Assembly: GCF_009914755.1 (NCBI RefSeq)
Contig: NC_060929.1
Direction: 5' to 3' (one strand)
Source of the DNA: the human T2T-CHM13v2.0 reference genome, Homo sapiens
DNA length: 64,000 nt
Part shown: positions 24,511 to 37,147 of the stretch, piece by piece
Layout: the number at the start of each line of letters is the position of its first letter
Position numbering within the stretch: position 1 is the stretch's first letter
Made by a program: the position numbers and the translations under genes
Notes under the pieces: model-generated
What the model saw: the letters and a program-made list of their open reading frames with translations, nothing else
Told to the model about the DNA's origin: nothing
Databases searched by the model: none

Positions 24511-27500
24511 TCTGGCCTTAATGTAAAGTGCTGGGTAGGGAAAGAACAGGCACTCAAGGAAGCTGACTAATTCAGGCAAAGGGGTCGTTAAGCAAATAAT
24601 TACTGTGAGTAGTGGGAATATTAAGGAAATACTCATAAAGATATTTATAAATATTATCAAAACAAATCCAGCTAAATGCTGATTTTGTCAGTTCCGTAAG
24701 CTCAATGTACCTTGTAACTTCCTACCATTTTCATGAAGGAACATATATCAAGAAAATCACATCCATGTTAGGTCAACAATGCTTGCTCTTAATCTACATC
24801 ATTTTGGTTTTGTATGGAATAAAACAATATATATAACAGAAATCCTCTGAACGTCACAGAAAAAAAGGCACTATATAATTGTTGGTATTAGTATTACCAT
24901 TAACATTTATAAAGCTTGTCACCTCTCTACTTCAGAGATGCATTGTGGACATTTGAATGAGGTAATGTCTGTGAATTCTTATGCGTTTTCTAAATGAGAA
25001 TTAAGATGTAAATACAAAATGTTTTTATCAATAAAGTATTAGGTGAATCTAGTCTAGACAGAAAGTAATAAAATTTGGGGAGTTAAATAGATGCTGACAG
25101 CTTTTTGCAAATAGTGCTGGTGATTCGGTACTACTAGTTTGGATTTCAAAGTATAAATTTTTGTTTTCCTAAGATCGTATTAGCATGAATTAAAATTTTA
25201 AATATGAATCTTTTAAACACTCTATCCAGAGTAAGTTTATGTTTAACAATCCCGTCTTAAAAACACAATTTTCATTATTATAATATATATGTATGTTATA
25301 AAAGAAAGTTTCTGTATAAAGAAAGGGCTATTGCCATTTAATGCATTGCATCTCTTAATTAATTTTTTTGTAGTTTTCCTTGATGGGACTTGCATATATC
25401 CCATAAAAAGACTCAACTGGGTTAAGCTTGCAGATAGAACAAATAGGGTGTGGTCACTTAATGAGATTATTTACTTCTCTATTCATCATTCTTGTGATCT
25501 TGCATCAATTTACAAGTAAGCTAAAATACATTTTCAGAATACATATACAGTAGTCATAATCTCCCTACTCAAGGAAGTTTGCAATACTCCTTTGAAAACA
25601 GCATTTAAAGTACCTCTAATAAAACCGCACAGATTATTTTAAGAAATCTTGCTTGAAAAGTAATTTGCTGTTGCTTTCACTAGTTCCTCTGCTGTTGATA
25701 GTTATCATTAGCAAAACGATCATCTCCTCACAGGGAATCCTGGAGTGACATTTAAGGAGTTTAACATTTACTGCTGTGATGTTATATTTGCTTTGTTCAA
25801 ACTGACAATGGATTTCTAACCTAAATTAATTAATTAAATGATTGGTCCTCTGCCAGAAAGAAAAAAAATCAAGACTTTGATTGTAAGTTGGAGTCTTCAT
25901 TACCATTTTAAAGATTTCTTCTTTTGGTTCTAGTCTTTACATATCAACTCATGTCTTCATACACAGAAGTTTTAAAATTAAACTCCGTGATCACACAATG
26001 ACAAACGCACCATGGATGCTTCTGTTCTAGCCTGTCATTACAACATCACAAAGCCTAGCAAAACAGTGTGATAGAACTGAGGTGTCTTTATGCTGAAGCG
26101 GTAACTTCAGAGTCAGACTGAAGGAGGAAATCGGGATGTATTCATGGACAGCCTTTACCAACACACAAGCAATAAAAGGCATCATATTTGCTTGAGCCAT
26201 TTAGATGACTTAAAAAATTATTTAAGGAGTGACTAAACTACAGAGAGACTACAGCCCCAATCTGTTTCACTGCAGTAGAGAAAAGGTAACTCTGATAGCA
26301 AGTCAAATTTTAAGGCCTTGATATCTAATGATCATTGGGAATAATAACGCAGGAAAGCCTGGACTTGAGTCGCTTTTTCTACTTCAGATATGCTTAATTA
26401 TCTCCTGATTTCTTAAAATCTGAAAAGCCAGATGCTACATCAAGTCACCTGGACACTTTAAAAGTATATGGAGGTAACTTTTTAAATTAATAGTCCCAAA
26501 AAGTTCCCTGAATAGTTTCTTTGGCATCCATTTGATTAAGTATTTTTCCATGACTATTATCTAACTCATGCATTGAATGTGGACTTCCTTCCACCCCCTC
26601 CCCACTTTCCCCATTGGAGCAATAATTGCTGTTCTTTTCAAATCCCCTAGGATAGTCTTCGCTCTGCAAAGTTGAAACAAGATGTGACATCCAGTCCTAC
26701 TTAATCAGTGTTCAGCCCAAACCCACAGTGGCAGTGAAGGGGGTGGTACTTACAATTTGTCCGTGACACTGACCAGGTTTTTAAGGAATGAGAGTGAGGG
26801 AAAATAGCATAAAATACTTAAATTTTTATGGAAAAGGTATAACTTGGTGAAAAAGCACCATCATAAATTCCCAAAAAGTGTATCTTAATGATACACTTAG
26901 AGTAAATCATTTGCCTTGAGAGACAGGAGGTCTCTGGTGACCCGCATTGCAGCCACAAGAGACTCCTAGACTAGCTACTTTCAGCTAAATGTACTCTCAT
27001 ATTAATATTTTAAAATGCCATAATGCCTCTCTGAAAACCTCAGAGGACAGATACATCAATTTGCGAGGTCTTCACTCCAGGAAATAGAAACAGGGATAAT
27101 CTGCCATTAAAAGAAATAGTTCATTATGTCTGCTTCTTGGGAGCACATAAACTATGTCCCTCACATACTTAAGTTGCAAATCCTCACTTTAATGTGAAGG
27201 GAAACACCATGCCCCAGAGCTTTATTGTCCCACTGTTTATTAGTACAAAAAGGTTTGTTGTGGTATGAAATCTTAAGCTTGTTGCAGTAATCAATCAGCT
27301 TCAAAGACTCTTCACCCTGAGCCAGATTCATTACAAATAAATCAATTAAACATAAAGTTTCTATTTTCGGGAGGTTCACAATGCAGAATAGAAGCAAATG
27401 CATCACAGTTAGAGAAAGGAATTTTCCTGGAGCGATGTCACTTCACAAAGAGCCCTTTTGCCTTTATTATACCATGGAGCACATGCTCTTTTATTTTAGT

Positions 27501-27752
27501 TAATTGCAGACATTCTTCTTCTTAGTATATATTTTTCATTGGGGAAAAATCATATCCATATGAAAAAGATATGTGGTAAGCTAAAAATATTGCTGGAGGC
27601 AGGAAAAAATAAACAATTGGTTTGTGTCTTCTTGTGATTACCAGCCTGAACCTCTAGTGAAGCATTGGACAATTTTCACTCTCTAAGCTTTATTGTGTTT
27701 TTTTTTTCCACCCTCTGTGCTACAGCTGTTTATAGTACAGGCAGCTGGGTGG

Positions 27753-27860
27753 CAAAAACAAAAACAACAACAAAAAAACAAATCAAATCCAAAAACAAAC
27801 GACAAGAAAAATCAAAACCAAAACCAAAAATAACAACAACAGAAAAAAAAACAATAAATA
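27753..27860. repeat. A-rich (CAAAA)-type low-complexity tract
   Basis: Direct reading. Confidence 0.85.
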
Positions 27861-30437
27861 TCTCAAATTTCAACATCTCAGTATGTCTTCTTCATTAGTG
27901 AAACAAATAAAGGACTAAACATTCTAAACCAGAAAGCCTCTTTGATTCATTTTGGGGGTTTAGTAATTGGGAAAAATAGGATTGCAGACAGATTTTTCAT
28001 CTAAGTCAAACTTACTAAGTGAACACTATAAAAACACTCATCAGTGACGTCCTTATTTTTCAGATATCTTGTCTAATGTGTTTTTTCATAAAACTAGCTG
28101 TTTGCAGAGACATCTAAGAAGTGAAAGCGTTTGGCTGTGAGAGGGGCCAAAATCAAATGATTCCTTACAGAAAAATAGTCAAAGTCATTCATGTCACTGG
28201 GAGAAGGGGTGGGGTTGGGTAGGGAGATAGATTTGGGGTGTGGGCTGTAGGAGGGTGGGGAGGGTGGAGGAGCAGATCTTTCTTATTTATTACTCTGCTT
28301 ATATAATAAAATGCTGGCCAGTCCAAACCCCAAAACAAAAAGATGAAAAAGCTTCAGCAATCTAAATAAGTCTCTTTCTCTGGCCAACCATTACTAATAG
28401 TTGTTTTGATGACATATGATATGCTCTACATATGGTAACATGTGCAGTGCCCTTCTGGAGCCATCCCAGAGACAAAGATGGAGACACAACCAAATATAAC
28501 AGCAGGACCCTGTGAGCTCACACTCTCTGCTAGCCTCCATGAAGAGTATGGACTTAGTAGGAAGTATAAAGCCTTCGGTAAAGCATTTTGTCTTTGAGTA
28601 CTAGATAGTCTTTTTGAGAGAGTGGGGAAAAATCACCTTTTTCTAGGAATTTACAGTGTGACAGTGCTTATTTGTTTGTCCATGATGAGGTGCATCAAGA
28701 CCCTCAGTGGTAATAAAACACATGCTCTAATAATAAAATATGCTGGAAAGATAAAGGAAAATCCCCATTGGCACTCTCACCCAATGTGCATCACAGACTT
28801 CTATGATGCACCGATTTTGGAGTGAGCATTCCTTCAATTTATCATCCCCAACAAGAAAAAAAACTTCTGAAAGTATGTGGCACTGCTAAAATACACTAAT
28901 GACAGCATCAACTACTTCATATCTATGTTATTAGACTATGAATGCTCAAGGGAATAATGAATTGTGTTTTAATCAGACAAATCAGAGCTTACCATTGAAA
29001 TTTTTAGTACTTACTAATGCGCAGCACGTATGTATTCTACAGATAAGTGCTTCAGCAATAAAAGCAATTTTTTTCTTCACATTTATTATATAAATGTCTA
29101 ATACCAAATCAGATATTTATTTATTTTCAAGAAACTCTAAACTTCCTAGAACTGGTTTGGAACATATTTCATATACTACAGAGATCATTTATATGTCGAT
29201 TTACTTATATATCTTGATTTAAAAGGTATTTGAGGTGAAATACAGAAAACACTTCTTGAAAAGTCAAGGTATTTAAATTAGAATCCATATCAGGAAACAC
29301 TGGCTAAAATATAGAGTATAATAAAATAAGTAGGTTATTTTTATAAAGAAGGTTAATTCAGATTACCATCATTAAAGAAGCTCTTGCTACTTCCTCCTAC
29401 ATCCTTACTAGAATTATCTCATATGACAATTGAAGATGACTGTGTATTCTCCTATAAAAAATGAGAGCCACTTGAGGAGTATGGAACTGATTTTTATAAA
29501 TATTTTTCTATTTTTATGGAATATTCTATTAGAAGATTGACTTTCATCTTTTATCATTAAGATAATTAAGAAATATGATTAAAATATCACAACAAATTTT
29601 TAAGATTACGTTATCTAAAATATGATATGTGCTTTTACAGTCCTGAAAACATGTCTGCTTTGGCCATTTTAACTAAATTGGTAATATACCAGTTTGGTAA
29701 ATGGGTCAAACTGAAAGTGTAAACAAAACCAAAATAGCATCATGTTCTTGACAAATGTGCTGTCACATAAAAAAAAAAAGATGATGACAATGACAATAGT
29801 GATGATGAAAGAGGTAGAGATTAGAAAGATAAAGTTAGTGTAATTTTGGCACCTTTAATATTGAAAATTTCTTCCCCACTATAAATAACCCACAAGTGAA
29901 CTGACTTTAAAAGGAGATTCTGAATTGTGGGAGATAGATCATAAGATATATCCTATCTCTCTATGCTATTATCAGTGCAGAAGAGAATATTGATCTTCAT
30001 ATTTGTTATGATAGGGAAGCTTGTGCTTAATTGTTCAAAAATATGTTACTAAGCTATTTACAGAAAAGTTCAACAGATATTCTGATTAGATAATTCAAGA
30101 GAATAATTTAACCTAATTTTGATAACCAATTTCTAGCTATTTTAATTACAATGTTTATATTATGACGAAAAAATTAGGAAAAACAATTCAATGGGAATGT
30201 TATCACTTCTTTGGCTAACACATAGATTTAAAAAGAGAAACAAAGAATGATGATGGAGAAATAAATATCCTTATTGTTATTACACATTTTCTGAGTAAGG
30301 AGTTTGAACGGTCAGTAGGTTATCTGTGCCTGAAGCCAGCCTGCTGCTCATGCAGGTGATTAGTCTGAGAGCCCAGACCTGTAGGTTAGTGGGAAGAAAG
30401 TGAGTAAAGCGCTTTGATGCTGAATCCAGGGAGCCCT

Positions 30438-30480
30438 TATGTATGTATGTATGTATGTATGTATGTATGTATGTATGTAT
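30438..30480. repeat. (TATG)n microsatellite, ~10-11 units
   Basis: Direct reading. Confidence 0.97.
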
Positions 30481-31419
30481 ATAGTATGGCATATGAAAAA
30501 TTCCCTTTTTATTAATTGGTCAGTTTATGTATAATTCCTATTTTCACAAATTATTCCTAGGGAGGCAATGCAAATATGATTGCTGGAATAGGTGTCTATC
30601 AAACAGTAGAGAATTTAAATAGTTCAGGAGCCAAAGGATTTTCTCTTGGCTGTCTTTTTAAATTCTTCTTTTTTAAATAGCACATGCCTCCCTGATTCCA
30701 ATCAGGGATAATTTTTTATCTGTAAAATAATACAGAGATTGTCATATGGCTGTGGATTCAGGAGAAGTCAGTTACTAAGTCATCCAGGAACATTTGTGAC
30801 TCTCTACATCCTCCATACTTTGTACCTGAAATTACTCCTTAGGAAATTATGGCCCCACATCTCAATTACTGTGGTGAATAATTTTGAATCCCAGGACATT
30901 CCACTGAAGTTTGCTACAATCTACGTAATAAAATACATTATTATATAAACATGCAATGCCTTTTCTGCCTACTCTGATTCTGCTTACTTTACTATGGTAT
31001 TTCTGGCTTCTTGGCAGCTAATATCAAGAGAAGGGATGACCAGTCTGCTATCTCAACCCTACAAAAAGAGCATTCAGGGCATGTGTGGGCCTGCTCAGAT
31101 CTGTTGAAGTGTCATTAGTGGGAAAGCTTAGTTGAAGCAGAGTGCTTTGAATTCTTTGCACTATAATAGAAGATTAATTATAGTATTAGAGAAAAAACTC
31201 GTTCCATCTCAGCCTAACTGAACCTCTGAGTTCACCATTCCAATTAAACGTTTAGAATTCCGAGTACCATCGTTAAGCTATAGAATAAATGTAATGAGAA
31301 AATTCTAGCATATTCGCTTTATGCAGAAATTTATTTACATAAAGGCTAATTATTAAATATCCAATATTGGCTTATATATCAAAGATATTATTTAGATTTC
31401 TTGGGCTAGCAAGTAGAGA

Positions 31420-31910
31420 AAGACTTCAGAGCCAAACTGAAAAAACTGGATAGGAGGTGGATGCAGTGGAGACAGCTATTTTTAAAGTCTATCAGTGAAA
31501 GGAGAGAGAAAAGTAAGATGGTAGAAAAGAGTAACTTCAGGATTGAGTAAAAGCAAAATGTTTTTCCAAAGAGTGGTACTGAGGGCAATGGGAAAAAGGT
31601 AGAAGTTCTCACGTTCATATTTTCCAGAGGCATTAGAGGGACCATTGTAAAGGGAAAGCTGGGTTCTTGCAGTGGGGCTAGGCCCTGAGTTTAGAGGAGA
31701 AGTTCACCGGGATGGTTTTGTTATTCTAAGGAAAGTAAATGATGGCTTTTTCTGTTCAATGAGAAAGAGAGGAGGGTAGATTGGGGATTAGGAGTGCGTG
31801 CTAAGACAATTAGAATTGTTTTTTGGAGAATATGAGAGAAGATTCATGAGACCAAGGAAGAGTTAAAGAGATTTGGAAGAGCCACTGTGAGCCCAGTTCA
31901 AGTGAGAAAA
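31420..31910 (-). mobile_element. L2 remnant
   Basis: gatggctttttctgttcaatgagaaag...gagccactgtgagcccagtt. Confidence 0.55.
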
Positions 31911-33954
31911 CTCTGATTTTGATTCTATCTTTAGGCTGCTTTGACCTACTTTGAAACCTCCCAAATGGTCACAACTTTTCTGCTTTGTCCCTGGACCACC
32001 ATGGTAAGGTCTTACATGGCCTGCTTGTCTCATGAAAAAAAAAAAACGTGTTCTAAATCTTTCTCACTTCCAAAACCAAAATTCATTTTTTTTTTGCACC
32101 AACCATATCAAACTAATGTGGTAAATGTATAATGTAAAAAGGGATCATGATTACTTCACCTATCCCTACAAGATTTTTGTCATTCCCTCCCAAGTGACAC
32201 TATTTTTCAATAGGGTAATTTAGAAAATAATTCTATACCCCAGAAGAGAAAGACAAAGTTGGAAAGTTTCAGGCAAGATGGGGGGATTTATAAGGCAACC
32301 TATGTAAGCAGTGGGTTTTGAAAGATTTCTTATATCACATCACATCATATAACTGGCCACAGCTAATATAAAATATATTTGTGTGTATTTATGTATATAC
32401 AATATCTATATGATGATTATATATGAATATTACCTGTGCATTAGGGCTATTCTTTCCTAAAAACCTGGAGAGAAAAGATTGTGCTGAGCTGTATAAATAT
32501 TTCTCCCTGATTGCACAGTATATAAAAATAAAATGACACTTTCAAAATACTTTACCCTGAAAACTTTTCTATTACTTGGGGAAGCTCTTCTTAACTGCTT
32601 CCTTCGAGTTTCGTTTGTGATTTACTGGGACCATTTAGAGACAGCTCATATTTTCTAGACATACTGTAGGTATTTTAATGCCTTAATCAATTTTTGCCAC
32701 TTTAGTTCCTCTGCTGGGCTAGATTAATCTTTCCCTAGGTTCCCAACTTTCAAAGAAGAACACTTATCAAAATCATCTTTACAGGAAAAAATGAGGCTGC
32801 AATTAAAAAAAAAGAAAAACGCTTATCTCTCCCAAGTCATATATCACAAATATTGTTAACTATGATATAAACAGCTTTTTGAATGAAGACTTAAAATGAA
32901 TACATGGTCTTCAGTTCTAGAAACTGTGTAAAAGTAAATACTCTTTCCTTTTCAATTTAAGTCAATTTGATTTTCATTTTTGCTCCACTGATAAATTACA
33001 ATATGTCACTCCCAAAGTAGTAGAGGCACCATACCCAAAACTTGTGGTATGGGTGAAAATGATATTGTAAAGCAGGGGAGAAGAAAGAAAGTAGGAGGGG
33101 GCATGGGAAACCCCCTATAAATGAATCTCCAATGTCTAATTGGGGGGATGGTTTATTAAGTAGGATCCTGTTTATCTTTCTAGGCTCATTTGGTTTCAGC
33201 ATATATGTGATCTGTTCTTTTGACAAGCCTTCCCTGTCTTACTTTTCCAAAAGTCCTCGACTATCATACAAAGAATATCAGAAGAAAAGAAAAATCATTT
33301 TTTTGATGTTGTTCTTCTGTGATAAGGACAGAGACAATACATTGGATTGACCACATTTCTTTCCCCTTTCTTCAGGAGTAAAGGGGTGGCAGAAATAGTG
33401 AGTTTGACCCCAACTAACTTATAAATGTAACAGACTAAGGTATCTGTCTCTTACAATTTCCTTTGTGATGGCATTCCTCTTGGCTAACTATTAGTAACAA
33501 AAGAAACTACATTCTTAATTCAGACATAAGCTAAAGATCTAGGTCCTTTTGATGTCTATACCAGCAAGAGTATCTAAAGATACACAGTATTGACAGTCCA
33601 GCCTTGAAATCCCAGGACTGTTCTCAAATAAATATTTTGAAACATTAAAAATTTGACAAGAACATACATTTTCAAGAAATGAAATAAAGCTTGGATCACC
33701 TCTAAAATAAATTTAAAATTATTCCTCTCGAGATAAATTTTAACACGGGAAAATTTCTACCCATCTTCCCTCAAAAACAAGTTACAGCAATATTTGATGT
33801 CATTTCACAAATTTTACTGATAGGAAATATGGTTTTGGTCTGTAACTTTTATGAACATTATCTAGACATGCATTAATTCCTAAAAGCCCTTGTGGTCATC
33901 ATTTGTTGCTTTTATCAGCCTAGGAATATATTAACTATGGACGAGAGGCAAGAG

Positions 33955-34130
33955 AGGAAGAAAACTTTGGGTTGAGAATCAAGAAAATTGGGAAAGATGA
34001 GCTCCTGGCTGGATTCCAATGTTGATTTTTTGAAGTCAGTCACACAGTCTCAATGGACCTCAGTTGTCCCCACCTGTAAAATGAGGAGTTAGAGCTAAAG
34101 TACTCTCTGGGGTCCCTCCCAGCATTAAGA
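33955..34130 (+). mobile_element. MIR (MIR3/MIRb-like)
   Basis: ggacctcagttgtccccacctgtaaaatgaggagttag...gtccctcccagc. Confidence 0.8.
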
Positions 34131-34479
34131 GTTTTTGTTTGAAAGCCTTGTCAAAAGTAGCAGTCTCAACTATTCAAAAAGATTCTGCAACAAGGAAACT
34201 CTGATAAAACATTATAAACCTGGTAATTCGTTGATTTCTCAGTGTTTCTGATTTACCTTGAGGTATTAAAAAAAAAATACATGCAGATGCCACTAGGTGA
34301 AGTGCGTATTTTCTTTTCTTGCTTTTATATACTGTGGTCTCTGCCCAATAGAACTGTGAGAGTCCATAGCAATGCAATGAAGTGAGACAGGAAAGGCAGC
34401 TTAAGTCCATCACTTAGAAGGCAAAATCTGACTGATGGGAGACGTTCTGAGTGGGATGTTGGTGCTCTTTCCTGCTCAT

Positions 34480-35015
34480 GTTTAATTGAGGATGCATATT
34501 TGAAAGTCTCTCGATAGGTTAAGTAGAAATCTGATTCTGTCCTTTGAAAGAAAACGGTTAATAATATGCGATGTGAACATGTTTTCCTGTTCTGCTTAGC
34601 AATTTGCATAGGCCAGCACTCCCTGTTTGTCTCTTGATAACCTCATCAATCTCATCCATGCCCTCCTGACCACAGTGCCTGATTGCAGTAATTCCATTTT
34701 AGTGGGGCTTTCAGGAGGACTTGGCTTCTGCGTTTAGCTAGTACTGCACATTGGAGTGATCCTGTCTTCCCCAGAGTGAGCAGCTGAGATCATATTATGC
34801 CTCCCTTGATTTCTTTGTAAAGGCTGCCTATAGAATTTCATATTGATTTTAAGCTGGTGCTGTTTCATTTTTAACTCCTTTGTAAGTCAGAAGTCCAGTT
34901 ATATTAGTGTCTCCTCCCTGTCATTCTGACAGGCATTGGTTATCTGCTTTTTTTCTTGCAGTCCTTGCCCTTCATTCTGTGGCAGCTCTTTTGGTATCGA
35001 ACTTGTTGCCTTTAC
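34480..35015 (+). mobile_element. Ancient L2-clade LINE ORF2 C-terminal remnant (degenerate)
   Basis: Translates (with stops and frameshifts) to LIHALLTTVPDCSNSILVGL (from 34651), DHIMPPLISL*RLPIEFHIDFKLVLF (from 34788), SSYIS and ALHSVAALLVSNLLP, collinear with L2-clade motifs LIHA..SRLDYCNSLL.GL / DHITP.L.SLHWLP...RIDFK / PSYIS / AFSVAAP.LWN.LP. Confidence 0.75.
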
Positions 35016-35439
35016 TCTTTTGTTGTTCTTCATGTGTTTTAAAAATCTCAGGGCAGTATAGCACAAGGATGTAAGGCTGAGTACAATTTTAAAAGTCTAA
35101 TATGTAAATGAGTAAACAAAGAGCTCAAAAAACCAGAAAGGTCAATAGAGGATGGGTATTCATGCTGAGGATGCACAGTAGCTTTGGCAGCCTTACATTA
35201 TTGTAGAGAGGGTTTCGTAGATGCAAGGTTTGCCAAGTAATGAAGCAGAGCCCAGTTGTTAGTTGAATAGTGAGAAATGGCTACAGGTATGACTTGTTGG
35301 AAGCATATCTTAGTTTTAATGTTTATTAACTGGCTGCTCTTCAGAACCTTAATTTGGTGTCATTTGGCATAAAATCTGTCCTAAAGCAATGCAATATAAA
35401 GATTTATAAGTGACACTGCACTCCATAAACATGCACTGT

Positions 35440-35640
35440 GTAGTGCCTTAGAATTTACATAGCCTTTCAAATCAATTGTCTTATCTGATCTTCACATAGG
35501 CCCTGTGACACAGGCAGTATAGCTATTAATATGTCCATTTTAGAGGTAAGGAAGCAGATACCAAGAGAGCACACACATATAATAGAACTGAGGCTGGAAT
35601 TTTAGTTTCCTAAAACCAAACTTGTTGCTCTTTAATTCTG
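35440..35640 (-). mobile_element. MIR
   Basis: ttatctgatcttcaca...gtccattttagaggtaaggaagcaga. Confidence 0.7.
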
Positions 35641-37111
35641 TGGCAGTCTCAAGTAATGCAAGCAAAAATATAACTATTGCATATCTTTGCATCACCTTTA
35701 GATTTACAATTCCTTATTTATTTCCTTGTCTTTGTACTTTCTGAGTGTACTTTCAGATTTATCTCCAGCAGAGCAGAGTTACTTTTATCACAAAAGAGAA
35801 TGACAGAAATCAAGGTCTCCACGTTAAGCAGATTATTCTTAACTGCTTAGGGAATTTTCCCACTGGATTGCCCTATTGTACTTAAAATTTTATTTTAGCT
35901 CCATTTTCTTGTCTGTAAAGTGAAGGGGTTAGGCTATGTTCCTCTCATTCTATGGTAGTGTGATTAGGAGAGTGGAAGGTGAAGAAAGAATCAGAGCTGC
36001 AAGTGAATATGATTATCATGGAATCGCAAGTACAGGGCATAATGCATGTTTTAAAACTGGAGATAGTATTTATTTTCTAAAGTGTTTCCTTATGAATTAC
36101 CTTCATCCTTCAGTGTACTGTTTAGTCTTACTGCAAACATATTCCTTTTACAAATCCGAATCAATTTGTTTGCCTTCCATATAAGATACAATTTTCAAAA
36201 TGTGTTTATGTCCAAAAACAACATGCTTAGTTTTAGATAATTCTTTCAGTTGATATAGGGTTTTTTGAGACTAAGTGTAAATATTCTCTAAAATAGTTAC
36301 ATTTTTCCCCTTAGTTGTCACTTTCTAGAACGCTTAAGCATTAGCAATCATTTTTAATTTAGTGATTTCATCTTCTTTATTTAATGGCTCACTGCTATAT
36401 TTGAAACTAAACCATGTATATTTCAACTTTCAAGAGCCAATAGGCTTTGAAAAAACTTGGGTTGGAGTCAATAATTTCCTTTTAAAAATATTTCATATTG
36501 TAAATCAGATAAATATCTATTTCATATTTTAACAATTTCCCTTGTTGCATACAGCGAAACTGATTTGTGTGTTATGCTAAATATCTCTTAGCTAATAGAA
36601 CTAGAGTAATTTAAAATATTCAGAGATTTGGATAAAAATATGATTCATAAATATGCCTTACAAAGCCTTTGGATAAATACTGAGTTTTGCAAGACTCATG
36701 GGTTATACATCCCAGGCTCCAATATGGCACTTTGGAAACTAGCATCATGAGCATGAACAAGATAACAACCACATCACAAAGCCTAGAGAAATACATTTAA
36801 GTAGTAAAACTTTCTCTTTTTTCCTTCAAATGTAACTTTCATAATGTCATTAGACTATCCCTAGTAATAAGCTCATAATTCACCCTTTTATCTGTATTTT
36901 TTAATGTTCTTAAATAAATAGGAACTCAAATTGAGAGGAAACTTAGGGCTTAATTTCTGCTTGTAATTTCTAATATTTTATGTGCAGAAATACAAACCCA
37001 GGCTGCATGACTCTTTTTCAACTTTTGTGCATGATTTCCTCAGTGAATTTATTTGCTGCAAAGGCCACCAGACCATTTTTTCTTCTTAACACATAAACTG
37101 ACTTTGTTACC

Positions 37112-37115
<4 letters not shown>

Positions 37116-37146
<31 letters not shown>
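37116..37146. repeat. Pure poly(T)31 tract
   Basis: Direct count. Confidence 0.97.

Positions 37147-37147
<1 letters not shown>

Noticed and set aside
26043-36786. Exact 16-mer acatcacaaagcctag at 26043 and 36771
   Set aside because: Flanks do not extend, and roughly one such match is expected by chance among all position pairs in 64 kb.
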